Positions 10,265 through 21,399 of a stretch of DNA of 44,221 nucleotides are shown here, in pieces. Origin of the DNA: Psammoneis japonica (Eukaryota). The stretch is taken from assembly GCA_008632985.1 (NCBI GenBank), contig QPGO01000044.1:496001-540221 (forward strand), read 5' to 3'. The position numbers and the translations under genes are program-made. The notes beneath the pieces were generated by a model. The model had not been told where the DNA came from. It worked only from the letters and a program-made list of their open reading frames with translations, and made no database searches. Every line of letters starts with the position of its first letter. Within the stretch, counting starts at the first letter, position 1.

Positions 10265-12717
10265 CATGGCAATGATCCCCTCTTCCAGAGCCATGGTCAC
10301 ACCAGTTTTCAGGACTGGATGGTGCCGTGAACGCTCGAGTTGCGATGATCGTTGCAGCTGCATGCGCGCCAATTACAAGCAGAATTGTCAAAGTTGCCAA
10401 AGATGGATCTGATCAGGACATTGCATCATGCACACATCTGCAGGCTGGGTGCACACTCGTTGTCTTGGCGAGGAAAATCAAGGACTTCCTGCCATTCAAA
10501 GGGACTCAACCCATGGATCCGAAGTGACATGATCAAGGATGGTCGTCCTTCTGCCAAACATTGGCTCAAATTTGATGGGGAAGACAAGGAAGACAGTGTT
10601 GACCCTCCCCACAAGTGGTCATGTGCGCATGGTGAAATCAGGAAGCAGAAGGCGCACGCTGTGGTCCTGGGCCCACTGGCGAGCAAAAAGCCATTCTGGA
10701 CTGTGAACCAACACCCGGAGAAAGTCCAATTTGTGTGAATGCGCCAGCTGGCTGCAGAAAAACAACAACCATTGCCATGCTGTGCAACCATTTGCATGAC
10801 ATGCATGGTGACTTTCAAATCCTTTACCTGGTCTTCGGGAAGAAGACTCAACCAACGCCATGGAATCCAATGAATTCCCGAAGGCACAAATGGAAATTCG
10901 TGCCACGCACGCTTTTGCTCTTTGACACCATTTCGGAGTGCAAAATGTGCACTCCTTCAAACCACCAGAAGATCATGCTCTGGACGACATCATTGAGAGT
11001 GTCGAATTGGAAGAAGACATGAAGGCTGTGTTTCCAGAAGTCTCTTGTAAAAGTCGGAAGTTTACAAAGATGGTGAACTCCGCCGCGCCCTGCATTCCTA
11101 AAACGGTTCACAACTTTCACGCGTCAGCAGACATGGAGCTTTCAGATGAACATGTCCATTGGAGGGCCTGGAAGCAGACTTATCTTCAAAAAAGCAGGAA
11201 GTGGAGGGAAATGATTCCTGTCCACAAGTGCGTTAATTGGGCCACCAAACATTTCGGCTTGATTCGGGAACGATGCAACTGCGTCAGAGAGGGCAGGGGG
11301 AGCAGGAACATGCGTGTTTCGCATGATGGACATCTCAAGGTGGCACAGATGGAGTGTGACATGACTCATGAATTTGATGTTGTTGTTGTGTGATGAAGCA
11401 CAAGATGTGACACCTTGTCAGGCAGACATGTTTTGGGGTGATGACGCTTGGCAAGAATGAATCATGTGCTTGTTTGGTGATCCTCGCCAACAATTGCATC
11501 GATTTCAAGGAGCGAGCACATCATTCAACAGAGTGCACAAATCTGCACCTAATCAATTCAAGCTAATGGGTTCCTTTCAATTTGGGGAGGCAATTGCTGA
11601 GGCTGCATCATTGGTGCTTCAAGCGGTTGATGGCAAGAAATTGGTGGGGCGGGCGACAGACCCTGGTGAGCTGCATCAAGCGGCTGATTTTGACAACAAT
11701 GGAGTTGTCCTTTGTTGCACAAATGAAGGACTTTGTCAGCACCTGTTCTTCAATCAAGCGACAAAGTGGCGCCATTTAGATGGGAGGAAAAAGGTGTTCC
11801 CTGAGCCTCCAAAGTGGGTGAATTTGCTGGAAGATTTTCTCAAGATTGTCAACGCAGATGATGACGACAACAGCAGTGAATGCCAGAGATTCAAGGCACT
11901 TTCTGTTGATCAAGAAGAATTGGACCAAGGACCAGAAGCAAGCTTTCAACACTGAGGCAAAACATTTGGTGTGCTGGGCTCTGTCAAAGAGCACATTGAA
12001 GATGAAGGGGACACTGAACTGTTCAAGTGCCTCAACTTGCTTCTCTTTCTTCAGGCACAGAATCTATCTCTCAATGAGTTCATCAAAAGAATGGAGTGCT
12101 CTTTTGTCCCAATGGCAAATGGAATGGATCCAAATGTGCACAAGGGCATGGCACTGGGGGCTGTTCACAAAGCCAAGGGACTCGAATTTGATCGGGTCCA
12201 TTCATCCGACGACTTTCTGTTAGACTCAATTCTTGTGGCCACCCTCAGTGCACCACACCTCATTGACAAGGCAAACATCCTTTACGTTGCTGTCACAAGG
12301 GTGAAATCACACCTCTTCCTCAGCAACGAGGCCCGGAATTGTCTGGAGAAGCTGTCGGCAAAGCTCGGTCAACAAAAAATGAGGACAGTGCCCCACCGTT
12401 CAATGAAGGAACAACGTGAAGAATGGAAAGAAAAATGGTCAGTCTTCAAGAGTGCAAAGCCACGCATCTGTCAACTCTCAGACATTCTGTTGCCATCTGA
12501 GAATGAGGATGACCCACTTGCTTTGGACAGCACGATGATGGAGAAGGAGCAGCAACTGCACCTTCGAAATTTGCTGCTCCTGTGCCATCCGGACAAGTTC
12601 CTCCCTGTTTTTGATGACGTTGCAGATGGCTGTCGACAGAGCATCACAGAAAAGCTTCACAGCATTTGTCAGTCTGCCAGAAGTGCTCTGCGCTGTTTGC
12701 AAAGCTCAGATCTGTGA
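10265..12717 (+). pseudogene. Degraded FBH1/UvrD-like SF1 DNA helicase with a C-terminal HPDK (J-domain-like) motif
   Basis: Motifs in order across broken frames: NAPAGCRKTTT (Walker A), ILYLVFGK, HDGHLK, DEAQD, GDPRQQLHRFQGA, SFQFG, VLCCTN, VHKAKGLEFDRV, NILYVAVTR, LCHPDKF; stops and frameshifts; start approximate. Confidence 0.85.
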
Positions 12718-12895
12718 GAGAGAAGCAGCCACTGATTTCCCTCCAGACATCCAGACACAAACAAAAGGCCACGCTTCGTGTTTGCAAAATGTCCAGCCCA
12801 TTTTTGGTTTTGCAAAAGCCTGTGATTGGCTCCGTTTGGCCGATTAAAAAGTCTCTCTTTGCTGTCAAATCAATCTTCATTCGTAACTGCCTGCA

Positions 12896-14261
12896 CTGGA
12901 TTTTTAAAGCTGGTGTGACAGAACTCGCTGTCATGAGGACTGATGATGAAAGTGAGTGTGGCAGTGGCACCATGATGAGTGTGATGCAAATGTCAGCTCT
13001 GGAGTCTTGGCAATCCACCTTGCCAGATTTTTCAGGCCAGTGCACCAAAACTCTGGTCACAAAAAGACCGCCGGCAAAAGTGAATGGCAGTGGCATCATG
13101 TTGGATGCAATGCGAATGTTGACCAGTGCTGATCAATCTTCGCTGGGTGTTGCTCTGCTGGCTAGATTTTTAACTTTTTCCACACCCACGCGGTTTCGCG
13201 CGATTGCCCTGTTTAAACAAAATTTTCAATTGTGAAGAATGCCAACATAAATGCAGCAACAAAACTTTTCCACTCAAATGAGTGCAAATGAATGTGTGCT
13301 GTTTCGACCGTGACAGTTTTGTCTGATGGCATTACAAGCCCCAGGACAGACTTTGGACCCATGTGTTGGACAATTGCGAAGAGATCCGTGCCACACACAC
13401 AACCGGACGACACATCTGAATGGACTGGGGCGGTGGGGTGCAAAAAAGTGACAGACAGACGCACGCATGCTGGGGACGCATGCAGACACCATGGAAGAGT
13501 GACTTTTGGCGACAATTTCCAAAATCTTTGGTCCTGTTCAAAGTTTTGCATTGTGCATGCTGCAGGTTTTGTCAGCAGGGCTGTGCACCCTGCTTCACAA
13601 GTGTCTGAACTGGGTGTCTGTGGGTCGAAATGTGTTGAGCCGAGTCATTCTTCTGAAGCTGCTGACAAAGAGGAAAGGCAACATTTTCCATTCAAATGAC
13701 ACAACACCAGGAAATGTGTGATTAATGTGTGAACAACAATGAAATGGCAATTGCACTTGAGCCAATTAGAGAAAATGCTGGGACAAAAAATTTTGTCCCG
13801 CGGGTGCGGAAAAAGTTAAAGCCAGAGTGTGATGCGACAAAGCTCTTGTCACAAAAAAAAAGCCAAGAAAAGTGAACACTGCAACGGCATTGTCATGGGT
13901 GCGATGTAAATGTTGACTGGTCTTGACACAATCACAGTTCACTCTTCTGTCAACGTCGGTGGGCAGAAGTGCCCAGTGTGGGTGCTGATCAATTTTTGTT
14001 CAGCATCACCCTGCTGGCTGGATTTTTAAAACTGGAGCACAGCATGGCTTGCTGTCACAAAAAGACCGCCAACAAAAGTCAGTTGAGAGTGTGTTGCAGC
14101 AATGGCATCATGATGTGGATGCAACTGACAAAAAATTGACTGGTCTTAAGACAGCCACAGCTCACTCTGCTCTCTCTGGACTGCCAGCATGACAAAACTC
14201 GCTGTCACAAAGTGCGCCGCAGATGAAAGTGGGTGGCAATGGCATCATGACAGAGATGCAA
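12896..14261 (+). repeat. Dispersed degenerate repeat of about 70 bp, about 5 copies
   Basis: Core (g)ctgtcacaaaaagaccgcc..aaaagtg..gcartggcatcatg..gatgcaa at about 12921, 13051, 13841, 14051 and 14194; ctggatttttaaa at about 12896 and 14018. Confidence 0.65.
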
Positions 14262-14269
14262 CATGAGCC

Positions 14270-15830
14270 CCAGAAAGTCTCATTCAAAGAAACAGAGAGT
14301 GTGCTGGAGACTCAAGTCTTGACCCCACTTGCCAAGAAGGAGAAACAACCAAAGAGCATGAGCAAGAAGGTGTGCTGCAATTGCACCTTGATGTCCACTT
14401 GCCAAACTCTTGCTTGCTTGTGCTGCAATCACAACCCCGCCATGCAGATCTTGTGCTTGTTTTGCCAAGTGCAAGGACAAGGAAGGGCTCCCAACTTTTG
14501 TGGTGCTTCAAGCAATGGGAGTTTGGGTGAGAAATCATGGAAACTTCAGACCTCCCTGGAAACCAGCCCATTTCAGCCAAAAATGTGTCAACTTTGCACC
14601 GACGCCCCTGACGGTGCTGATGAAGAAGAAAAAGTCGGCCAACCCCAAAACCAACAATGAAAACAACACCACACCCAATGACCAAGCAACAAGTGTTGAC
14701 CAGAGGAGAGATGGCAAGGTGCTCAACACTGCCTCAAGGGAAAGAGAGCAGCCAGAGGATGAGGAGGGAGAAATTTTGTGTCATCACAGGAGAATGACTT
14801 TGTGTCATCACAGGAGAATGACCCCAACATTGCACCCAATGGCTTCAAGTTGGGTGCCAAACAAGTCATTTGTGAGGAGCACGCCAAAGCACAACCTGAG
14901 CAATGACACTCCTCATCTCGGTGGCGGAATGTCAGATGACCATTCTTGGCAAGAGCACCAGTGCAGGCCAGTGCCCCAGCACCCATTGCAACAACATGGC
15001 ACACCAAACAGATCTGCTAGAAAACAATTCATTGCAATGTTGGCAGAGTCACTTTGCAGGGTCAAGATGTGAAAATGAAGCTCAGAGAGGCTTTCAGTGC
15101 ACCAGACAGTATTTTGCAATGGGCTCACAAAGCAGGGGGAGCACAAGACATCAGGGCCCATGCTTGTTGGGCTCCTCACAGATGATGGGACACTGACAAA
15201 CACAAAATTCCAGTCAAATCTACAGAATGGCTGCTTGCAAGCAATCTCAAATCCACTGAGAGGAGCAAAATGCCAAGTTGTGTGCCAAGACATTCAACAG
15301 AGTGGCTCCTCAAGGTGGCCCAAGGGTGCAGTCAGGTGTGTTGCTGAGCTCAAAAAAGGTGGAATGCTTCCACCCACCAGATGATTTTGACACAAAGACA
15401 AAGAGGGCACTGCATTTGAAGTCTTGGAACCCAAACATCCCAGCACAAGAGCTCCAGAAAAATGCTTGCTTAACAAGTGCAGTGAGTCACCCAAGCTTCA
15501 AGATGTCATTGTCACAGACAGCACTGTGGAGATTCTTGTTGCAAGAGGACAACTGTCCAGCAGCTCAGAACTTGGCAGATTTGACATCAACGCAGTGTCA
15601 AAGTGGCTTCTCTGTCACAGAGAGCCAGCAGGGCCAGTGGGTTGCTTGGGGAGGCACCACGCATTGTGGCAGCAAGCCATGGTCAAAGCCATTCTCCTGG
15701 TTTCTGAAGCAGAAGCCAAAGAAGTGCACAACACAGACCAGTCATGTGCTTGATTGGCAGCAGGCATCAAAAGCAGTGCTCACAATGTGACTTGCTCTGG
15801 GAACAACACTTGGCTGACTCTGTCATGCCA
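14270..15830 (+). mobile_element. Relic of a CRE-clade non-LTR retrotransposon (5' Cys-rich region plus start of the RT region, internally deleted)
   Basis: Cys cluster CCNCT..C..LAC.C; NDTPHLGGGMSDD.SWQ; SSER; GGMLPP; EVLEPKHP; KWLL; GPVG...KAIL..EAKE..DQSCA.LAAGIKSSAH. These match remembered CRE-type consensus blocks (HLxGGIxDDxxWQ, WNSER, SKHP, QLCAGLxAGIEGAxH). Confidence 0.7.
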
Positions 15831-16435
15831 GGGCCAGGGGCAGTGGCAGCCAGCAGCATTGATGGTTCTTCTTTCTTGTTTTGCCTTGATCAATTCATGG
15901 AGCTTTGCAAAATGCCAATCAACACATCAGCAGAGATGCACTGCAGTCCAAAGAGGCTCCAAAAAAGTCCTTAAATGCCTGTTGGTCTTTTCATCTTTTG
16001 GCTTGTCCTTGGATGAAAGGATGCAAGAGGTCAAATTCCAACAACAGGTGTTTCCCCAGCATTTTTCTCTCCAGACTTGACACTGTGGTGCACAGGGCAC
16101 AATGTGTCTGTCTTGTGGCATGCACACCCAATCAGCTGAGACAACACGTGGCATCACTTTCAAATCAATTGGCCATTGTCATGAGAGCAATTCTCAGTCC
16201 CTTTTCCATTGTGCACAGTGAAAAAAAGTGGCACAACCAGTGAAAGATTTCTGTGTGTTTGCACCCACAAATTGCACCAGCCTGACTCCTCTGGTGTGCT
16301 TGAACTGTCATTTTGTCAGAGACCATGCATCATCATGTGCTTGCACCAGGAATGCATGGAACAGGCTGTGGAGTTCCTGTCTGAAAGGGTGAGCTGCCTG
16401 TGCTGTGCGATGTGCCCATCATTTGCGCTGTTGTG

Positions 16436-17825
16436 TGGATTTACAAGCAGCTTCAAGTCACCTGTCTTTTGCATCACATGCAACAGGAGGGACAGGTTTC
16501 TGAGGCTTTCGCCCAAGACAGAACCTCTGGGGTCTCACAACACATGGATTCAACCAAGTGCAGCACTGGCTGGCTTTCTGAGCTTGGTCTCCTGTTCAAT
16601 TGCTTTGTGACAATCAGTCTCTGTTGGGCCAAAGTCTGCCAAGACCAGATCATCATCCTTGCCATCATCTCCCAAGAAGATGGTGGCCATTTTTGCTGAG
16701 GCAGCATTTTGTTGCATTCTTGCAGCACCTTCTGCCAGCAGTGTCTTCAAGTCTGCAATGCATTTTTTTCCATGTTTGTGCAGCTGCTGCACAAAAACAC
16801 TGTTGCAGCACAAAAAATGCAACAACTGCCACTTGGTGACACAATCAGTGCCCAACACAACACCCTCTTGACCCATCCCTGAGGAAGAAGTGAGAGCAAC
16901 CAACTGCAAAAGAAGCTGCCTGCTGTTTCAAGTCTGTGCCCTTCCTGTTGTCAGTTCTGCCAATGTGACAGTGTGGGCAAGCACTGGGTCTTTGGCATCA
17001 GTCACTGCATGACCCATTGACTCCTCAGGACCAACAGCCAGATCAGAAAATCCGTTTGACTTGCGCTTCCCAGCTTTCAGCTCAAAAAGTGAATGATGAT
17101 CCCACCAGATGTCACACATGCCAAAGGAAGCACCCCATTGATCTGCAGCAGCAGCAGCAGTTCTCCTTCAAGAATGCATTTGCAGCCTGGCTGTTTGTCT
17201 GCCCCCCCCCCCCCCCCCCCAGGGTCCATTTGTCCTTCTCCAGCATCTGTGCTTGCCTTGCAGATGAAACAACTTCCAGCCAGAATGTCATCTTCAAGCA
17301 CAGACAAGGTGAAATTGATGGTGGCTTCTGGTGTGGGAAGATCAATGGTGGTGGCCATGTCACTCAACTTTTTTCAATTTGTTCGAGCACATTTGACTCA
17401 CATTGCAGCTGCTGTTGCAGCAAAACTTGAGAGTGCAATGGTGAGCAACAGAGAGCAAACGGGAGACAGTTTCGTCAAGAAGTTGCATTTTGTGGCTGAC
17501 AAACAAAAGTGTGTTTTGCGCGACAGTTGCTGTGAGTTGTTGCAGAGCACGATTGCATTCACAAGCAAGAAGAAAGAAAAAGTGTGATTCTGCCTGCTGC
17601 TGGATGCTTTGCATGCAAGCGCCAAGCCAGGATTTCTGAGCAATGCCCTTGACTCTCAACATTTCTTGTAGAGGAGCTCCTCCATGCCCCAAGAATGTCA
17701 CTCAAGTTCACACCATGCAGCACAATGCCATTTTCTGCCACCGCTGATTCCCGCGCACTGTGCTCTCCCTTGTTTTCCTCGTCCGTCATCATGGCGCCAT
17801 TGCTCTGCGCTGATTGTGGTGGAGC
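16436..17825 (-). pseudogene. Full-length degenerate paralogue of the Crinkler-like gene at 19710-20988
   Basis: Colinear with 19670-21010 including the intron; ETPEVLSWAKASETCPSCCM versus intact ETPEVPSWAKASETCPSYYM; frameshifts. Confidence 0.92.
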
Positions 17826-17899
17826 TCAACACAGCGATGACTCAACCCAATTTCTGCGCCATCGTTTGCATGATTTTCCCATTCATCTTCCCCACCACA

Positions 17900-18563
17900 C
17901 AGCTGCCAAACTTCCATCGCATCATGCTGCACTTTCAATGGCAGCCATTTCTCACTCAGCACTGTCCTCCACACTCATTCTGCACAGAATTGTGCAGAAA
18001 AAAGATGCAGCAGAAAAATCTTGCAGTGCAAGCCAGTCAATTTTCCCACAAAGAAGTTCTCAACCATGATGCTCTCTTGAGCCATTCGTCTTGCGGGTTG
18101 TCTGGCAGTTGCGCTGCATGGCAGTGTCAGCAAAACTGCTTCTGTGGCATCTCTGCCAACTCTTGCTGGATCTTCATCGCCTTTGACTGCTGGTTTGATC
18201 AACACGCTGCAACAACGTCTTGCAGCAGTGACAGCAATTTGCTTGTTCATCTCCACTCTGCATCTCTGACTTGCAATTCTTCTTTGCCGTTTTTGAATTC
18301 TTGTGAAGCAGCGGCATCTCTGTTCATTGTTGCTGGATTGTTGTCATTGCCTCAACTGGTTTGATCAACAACAACACTGCTGCACCACTGCAAACACACT
18401 CTGCTCTTCTAACAGCAATTTGCTTGCTCATTTCTGCTTGTCTGCGCTTGCTCGATCAAGTTTTTCTTTTTCTTCTGCTTTTTTGGATTTCTGCCAAGCC
18501 GCGCAGATGATGAACATTCTCAACTTGCTGGCAACATTGGCGTGGCACCCAAACCACTTGACA
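17900..18563 (+). pseudogene. Two tandem degenerate copies of the acnB 5' region (17900-18310 promoter plus transit peptide; 18310-18563 transit peptide to GVAPKPLD)
   Basis: Align to about 25325-25720 and 25545-25782; e.g. gaacattctcaacttgctggcaacattggcgtggcacccaaaccacttgac versus gaacgttctcagttggcgggtggtgtcggtgtcgcaccgaaaccactcgat. Confidence 0.85.
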
Positions 18564-19709
18564 TTGGCACTGCCATCCCTCCTTGTACTTCCACTGCCCC
18601 CCCCCCCCCCCCCCCCCATCATCGCTGCATTGCCAGCCGCTGTTGATGCAACCATCCCAAAGCTCCTTCTTGCCAGTCTGCCTGCTCCTTTTTCTCCAGC
18701 TCTGGCTGAGGCACATGACACAAGAATGAGGTCAAAGTTTCTTGGCCCCACCACATCTTCTTCTTGTGGCTCCCTTGCCACCCAGTCTCTCAACGATGAT
18801 GGGGTCTTCCTTCTTCCTTTTGCCATCGATCACCTCAGTGGTCTCAGCTTCTTCTTTCACTGCTTCCTTTTTTGTTCCTCCTCCTCTTTGCTCTGCTCCT
18901 AACCCAAGCCTTCTTGGTCTGATTCTTCTGCCCTCCAACACCCTGACGCCCCCCACGCCGCCTTCTGCCATGCTCTCACTTTGCCAGCTTCCCTTTTTCT
19001 GCTGACTTTGCCTGGCACCAACTTGCCACCGACCGCTTTGGCAACTCTTGCCGCTCTTCTACTCCCTCTCAATGGGCCACCCAACACCTTGGATACAATG
19101 TCACCCATCATCTTTCCGCCCACACCCTTCGATTTCTCTCTGTTCATACAGCACCCTCCGCACCGCTTCCTCTCCGCTCCCTTCTTTGAAACGCCCTGCG
19201 CGCGTTCTTGCGCGCCCCTTCTTTGCTCCCGCGCTATCCTGCAGCCAGTTCCGTGCCTCCTTTATGCTGATTTGGCTCTTTAATCAACCCTTTACTTAAA
19301 AAATTGAAAGAGACATGATCGTGTCTGTGCATACGATCCCGGTGCGCCAGCATCAATGACAGGCATGAGCACTCGACTGTGACCGAAGATAATCTTCCAC
19401 AGGTACCGGATTCGATACCGTTGTGCAACAAAAATTGGGAGCTTTCGTGAAAGGATCGGGTTTGGCTGTTGCCCAGTCAATTGGATTTGGTCAACAAGGA
19501 ATAGGGTGTATCGATGTTGATATAATGACATATTTGTTGTACATGATAGGACCTTAGTACCAAATAGCAGAAAAAGGTGTTATTCCAACAAGAAACAAGA
19601 AACACAAAATCACGTGCTTTTCTTTGTTTGTAAAATACTTACAATGTCCATATTCTTAAGAATTCTAATATGGATTTAAAAGCAGTTTCAATGTCACCTG
19701 TCCTTTGCA

Positions 19710-20988
19710 TCACATGTAATAGGAGGGACAGGTTTCTGAGGCTTTCGCCCAAGACGGAACCTCTGGGGTCTCACCATACAAAGCTCCAAGCACACCGGCT
19801 AACTTTCTAAGCTTGGCCTCCCGTTCAATTGCTTTGTCCCGATCAGTCTCTTCTGCGCCAAAGTCTGCCATAACTATATCATCATCCTTGCCATCATCGT
19901 CCAAGATGGCGGCCATTTTTGCCGGAGCAGTATTTTGTTGCATTCTCGCAGTACCTTCCACAAGCAGCATCTTCAAGTCGGCGATACACTTTTTCCCATG
20001 TTTGTACGGCTGCACGAAAACACTGTTGTAGCCCGAAAAATGCAACAACCGCCACTTGGTGACGCAATCAGTACCCAACACAACAACACCTTGACCCATC
20101 CCTGAGACAAAAGAGAGAGCAACCAACTGCAGAAGAAGCTGCCCCTGTTTCAAGTCTGCCCTTCCTGTTTTAAGTTCCACTAATGCGACAGTGTAGGCAA
20201 GCACTAGATCTTTGGCATCAGTCACTGCATAACCCATTGACTCCTCAGGACCAACAGCCAGATCAGAAAAGCCGTTTGACTTGCGCTTCCCAGCTTTCAG
20301 TTCGGGAAGTGAACGATTCCGGACGTCATACATGCCGAAGGAAGCACCATTGATCTCCAGTGGCAGCAATTCTCCTTCAAGAATCCGTTTGCAGCCTGGC
20401 TGTCCATCTGCCTCGTGCTCTTTCTCCCCCCAGGGGTATTCCTCCATCTGTCCTTCTCCAGTGTCTTTGTTTACCTCGCGGACAACAACTTCTATCTTCA
20501 TATCTTCAAGCATAGACGAGGTGAAATTCATGGTGGCTTCTGACATGGGAAGATCAACGGTGGCCATGTCGTTCAACTTCTTTTCAATTCGTTCGAGAGT
20601 ATTTAATTCACCTTGTAGCTGCTGGTGCAGCGAAATTTGAGAATGCGATAGCGAGCGGCACAGAGAGAGCAGACGAGAGATAGTTTTATTAAAAGTTGTC
20701 GTGGTTGACGAACAAAAGCATATATCATGACAGTTGCGAGTTGCTGTAGCACGATCGCATTAGCAAGAAAAAGAAAAAAATACGACTCTCACCTACCTGC
20801 TGCTGCTGGATGTTTTGTATGTAAGCGCGAAGCCGGGATTTCCGAGCGATGCCCTCGACACTCAACATTTCGTAGAGCTCCTCCATGCCCCGAATGTCAT
20901 TCGGGTTCACGCCACGCAACACAACGCCATTTTCTGCCGCCGCTGATTCCCATGCACGCTCCTCCTTTTCCTCTTCCGTTGGTGCCAT
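19710..20988 (-). CDS. Crinkler (CRN)-like protein with a predicted PD-(D/E)XK nuclease-type C-terminal domain, 2 exons
   Basis: Exon 1 MAPTEEE...IQQQQ (20988-20797); GT-AG intron about 20796-20622 in phase 0; exon 2 QLQGELN...GFSDLAV...ALVELKT...QGQLLLQLVALS...VVLGTD...KWRLLHF. Intact frame, normal TA/CG. Family called by motif resemblance. Confidence 0.7.
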
Positions 20989-21399
20989 TGCTCTGCTGAT
21001 TGCTTGGAGAGAGTATGAGAGCCATCCGCACGTTTATCCTAAAATTACCGTGACATTTGAATAAGGTTATTTATTAAATAAGTTTATTTATTAGAGTCTA
21101 TTTTTAAAATACAAAACTTGGACGCTTCGCTGGACGGCTGTCTCGTTGTTTGTCTACTGTAGGTACAGCATTATACCGGTAGGACCTACTAACTCTAGCT
21201 ACTAGTAGAGGGCCCTACTCTAGCTAGAGAGTAGAGTGGCAGCAGCTAGAGTAGAGACTGCACGACATGCAGTTGAGACAAAAATTTGAATTTTCGATGA
21301 TGAACATTGTCACATTGTTTGTCATTCTCAGAGAGAATGATGTCAACAAAGTTCTTGGGCTTTGCTGTTTGTCTGCACCAAAAAGACTTTGAACAATGA

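Larger units (their letters stand above)
8780..19190. other. TpA/CpG-depleted hypermutated domain 1
   Basis: Near absence of TA and strong loss of CG with TG/CA excess; ORF-track translations are Cys/His-rich and nearly Tyr-free; borders approximate. Confidence 0.9.

Noticed and set aside
12896..14261. CRISPR-like array
   Set aside because: Repeats are degenerate, long and irregularly spaced; eukaryotic context; no cas genes
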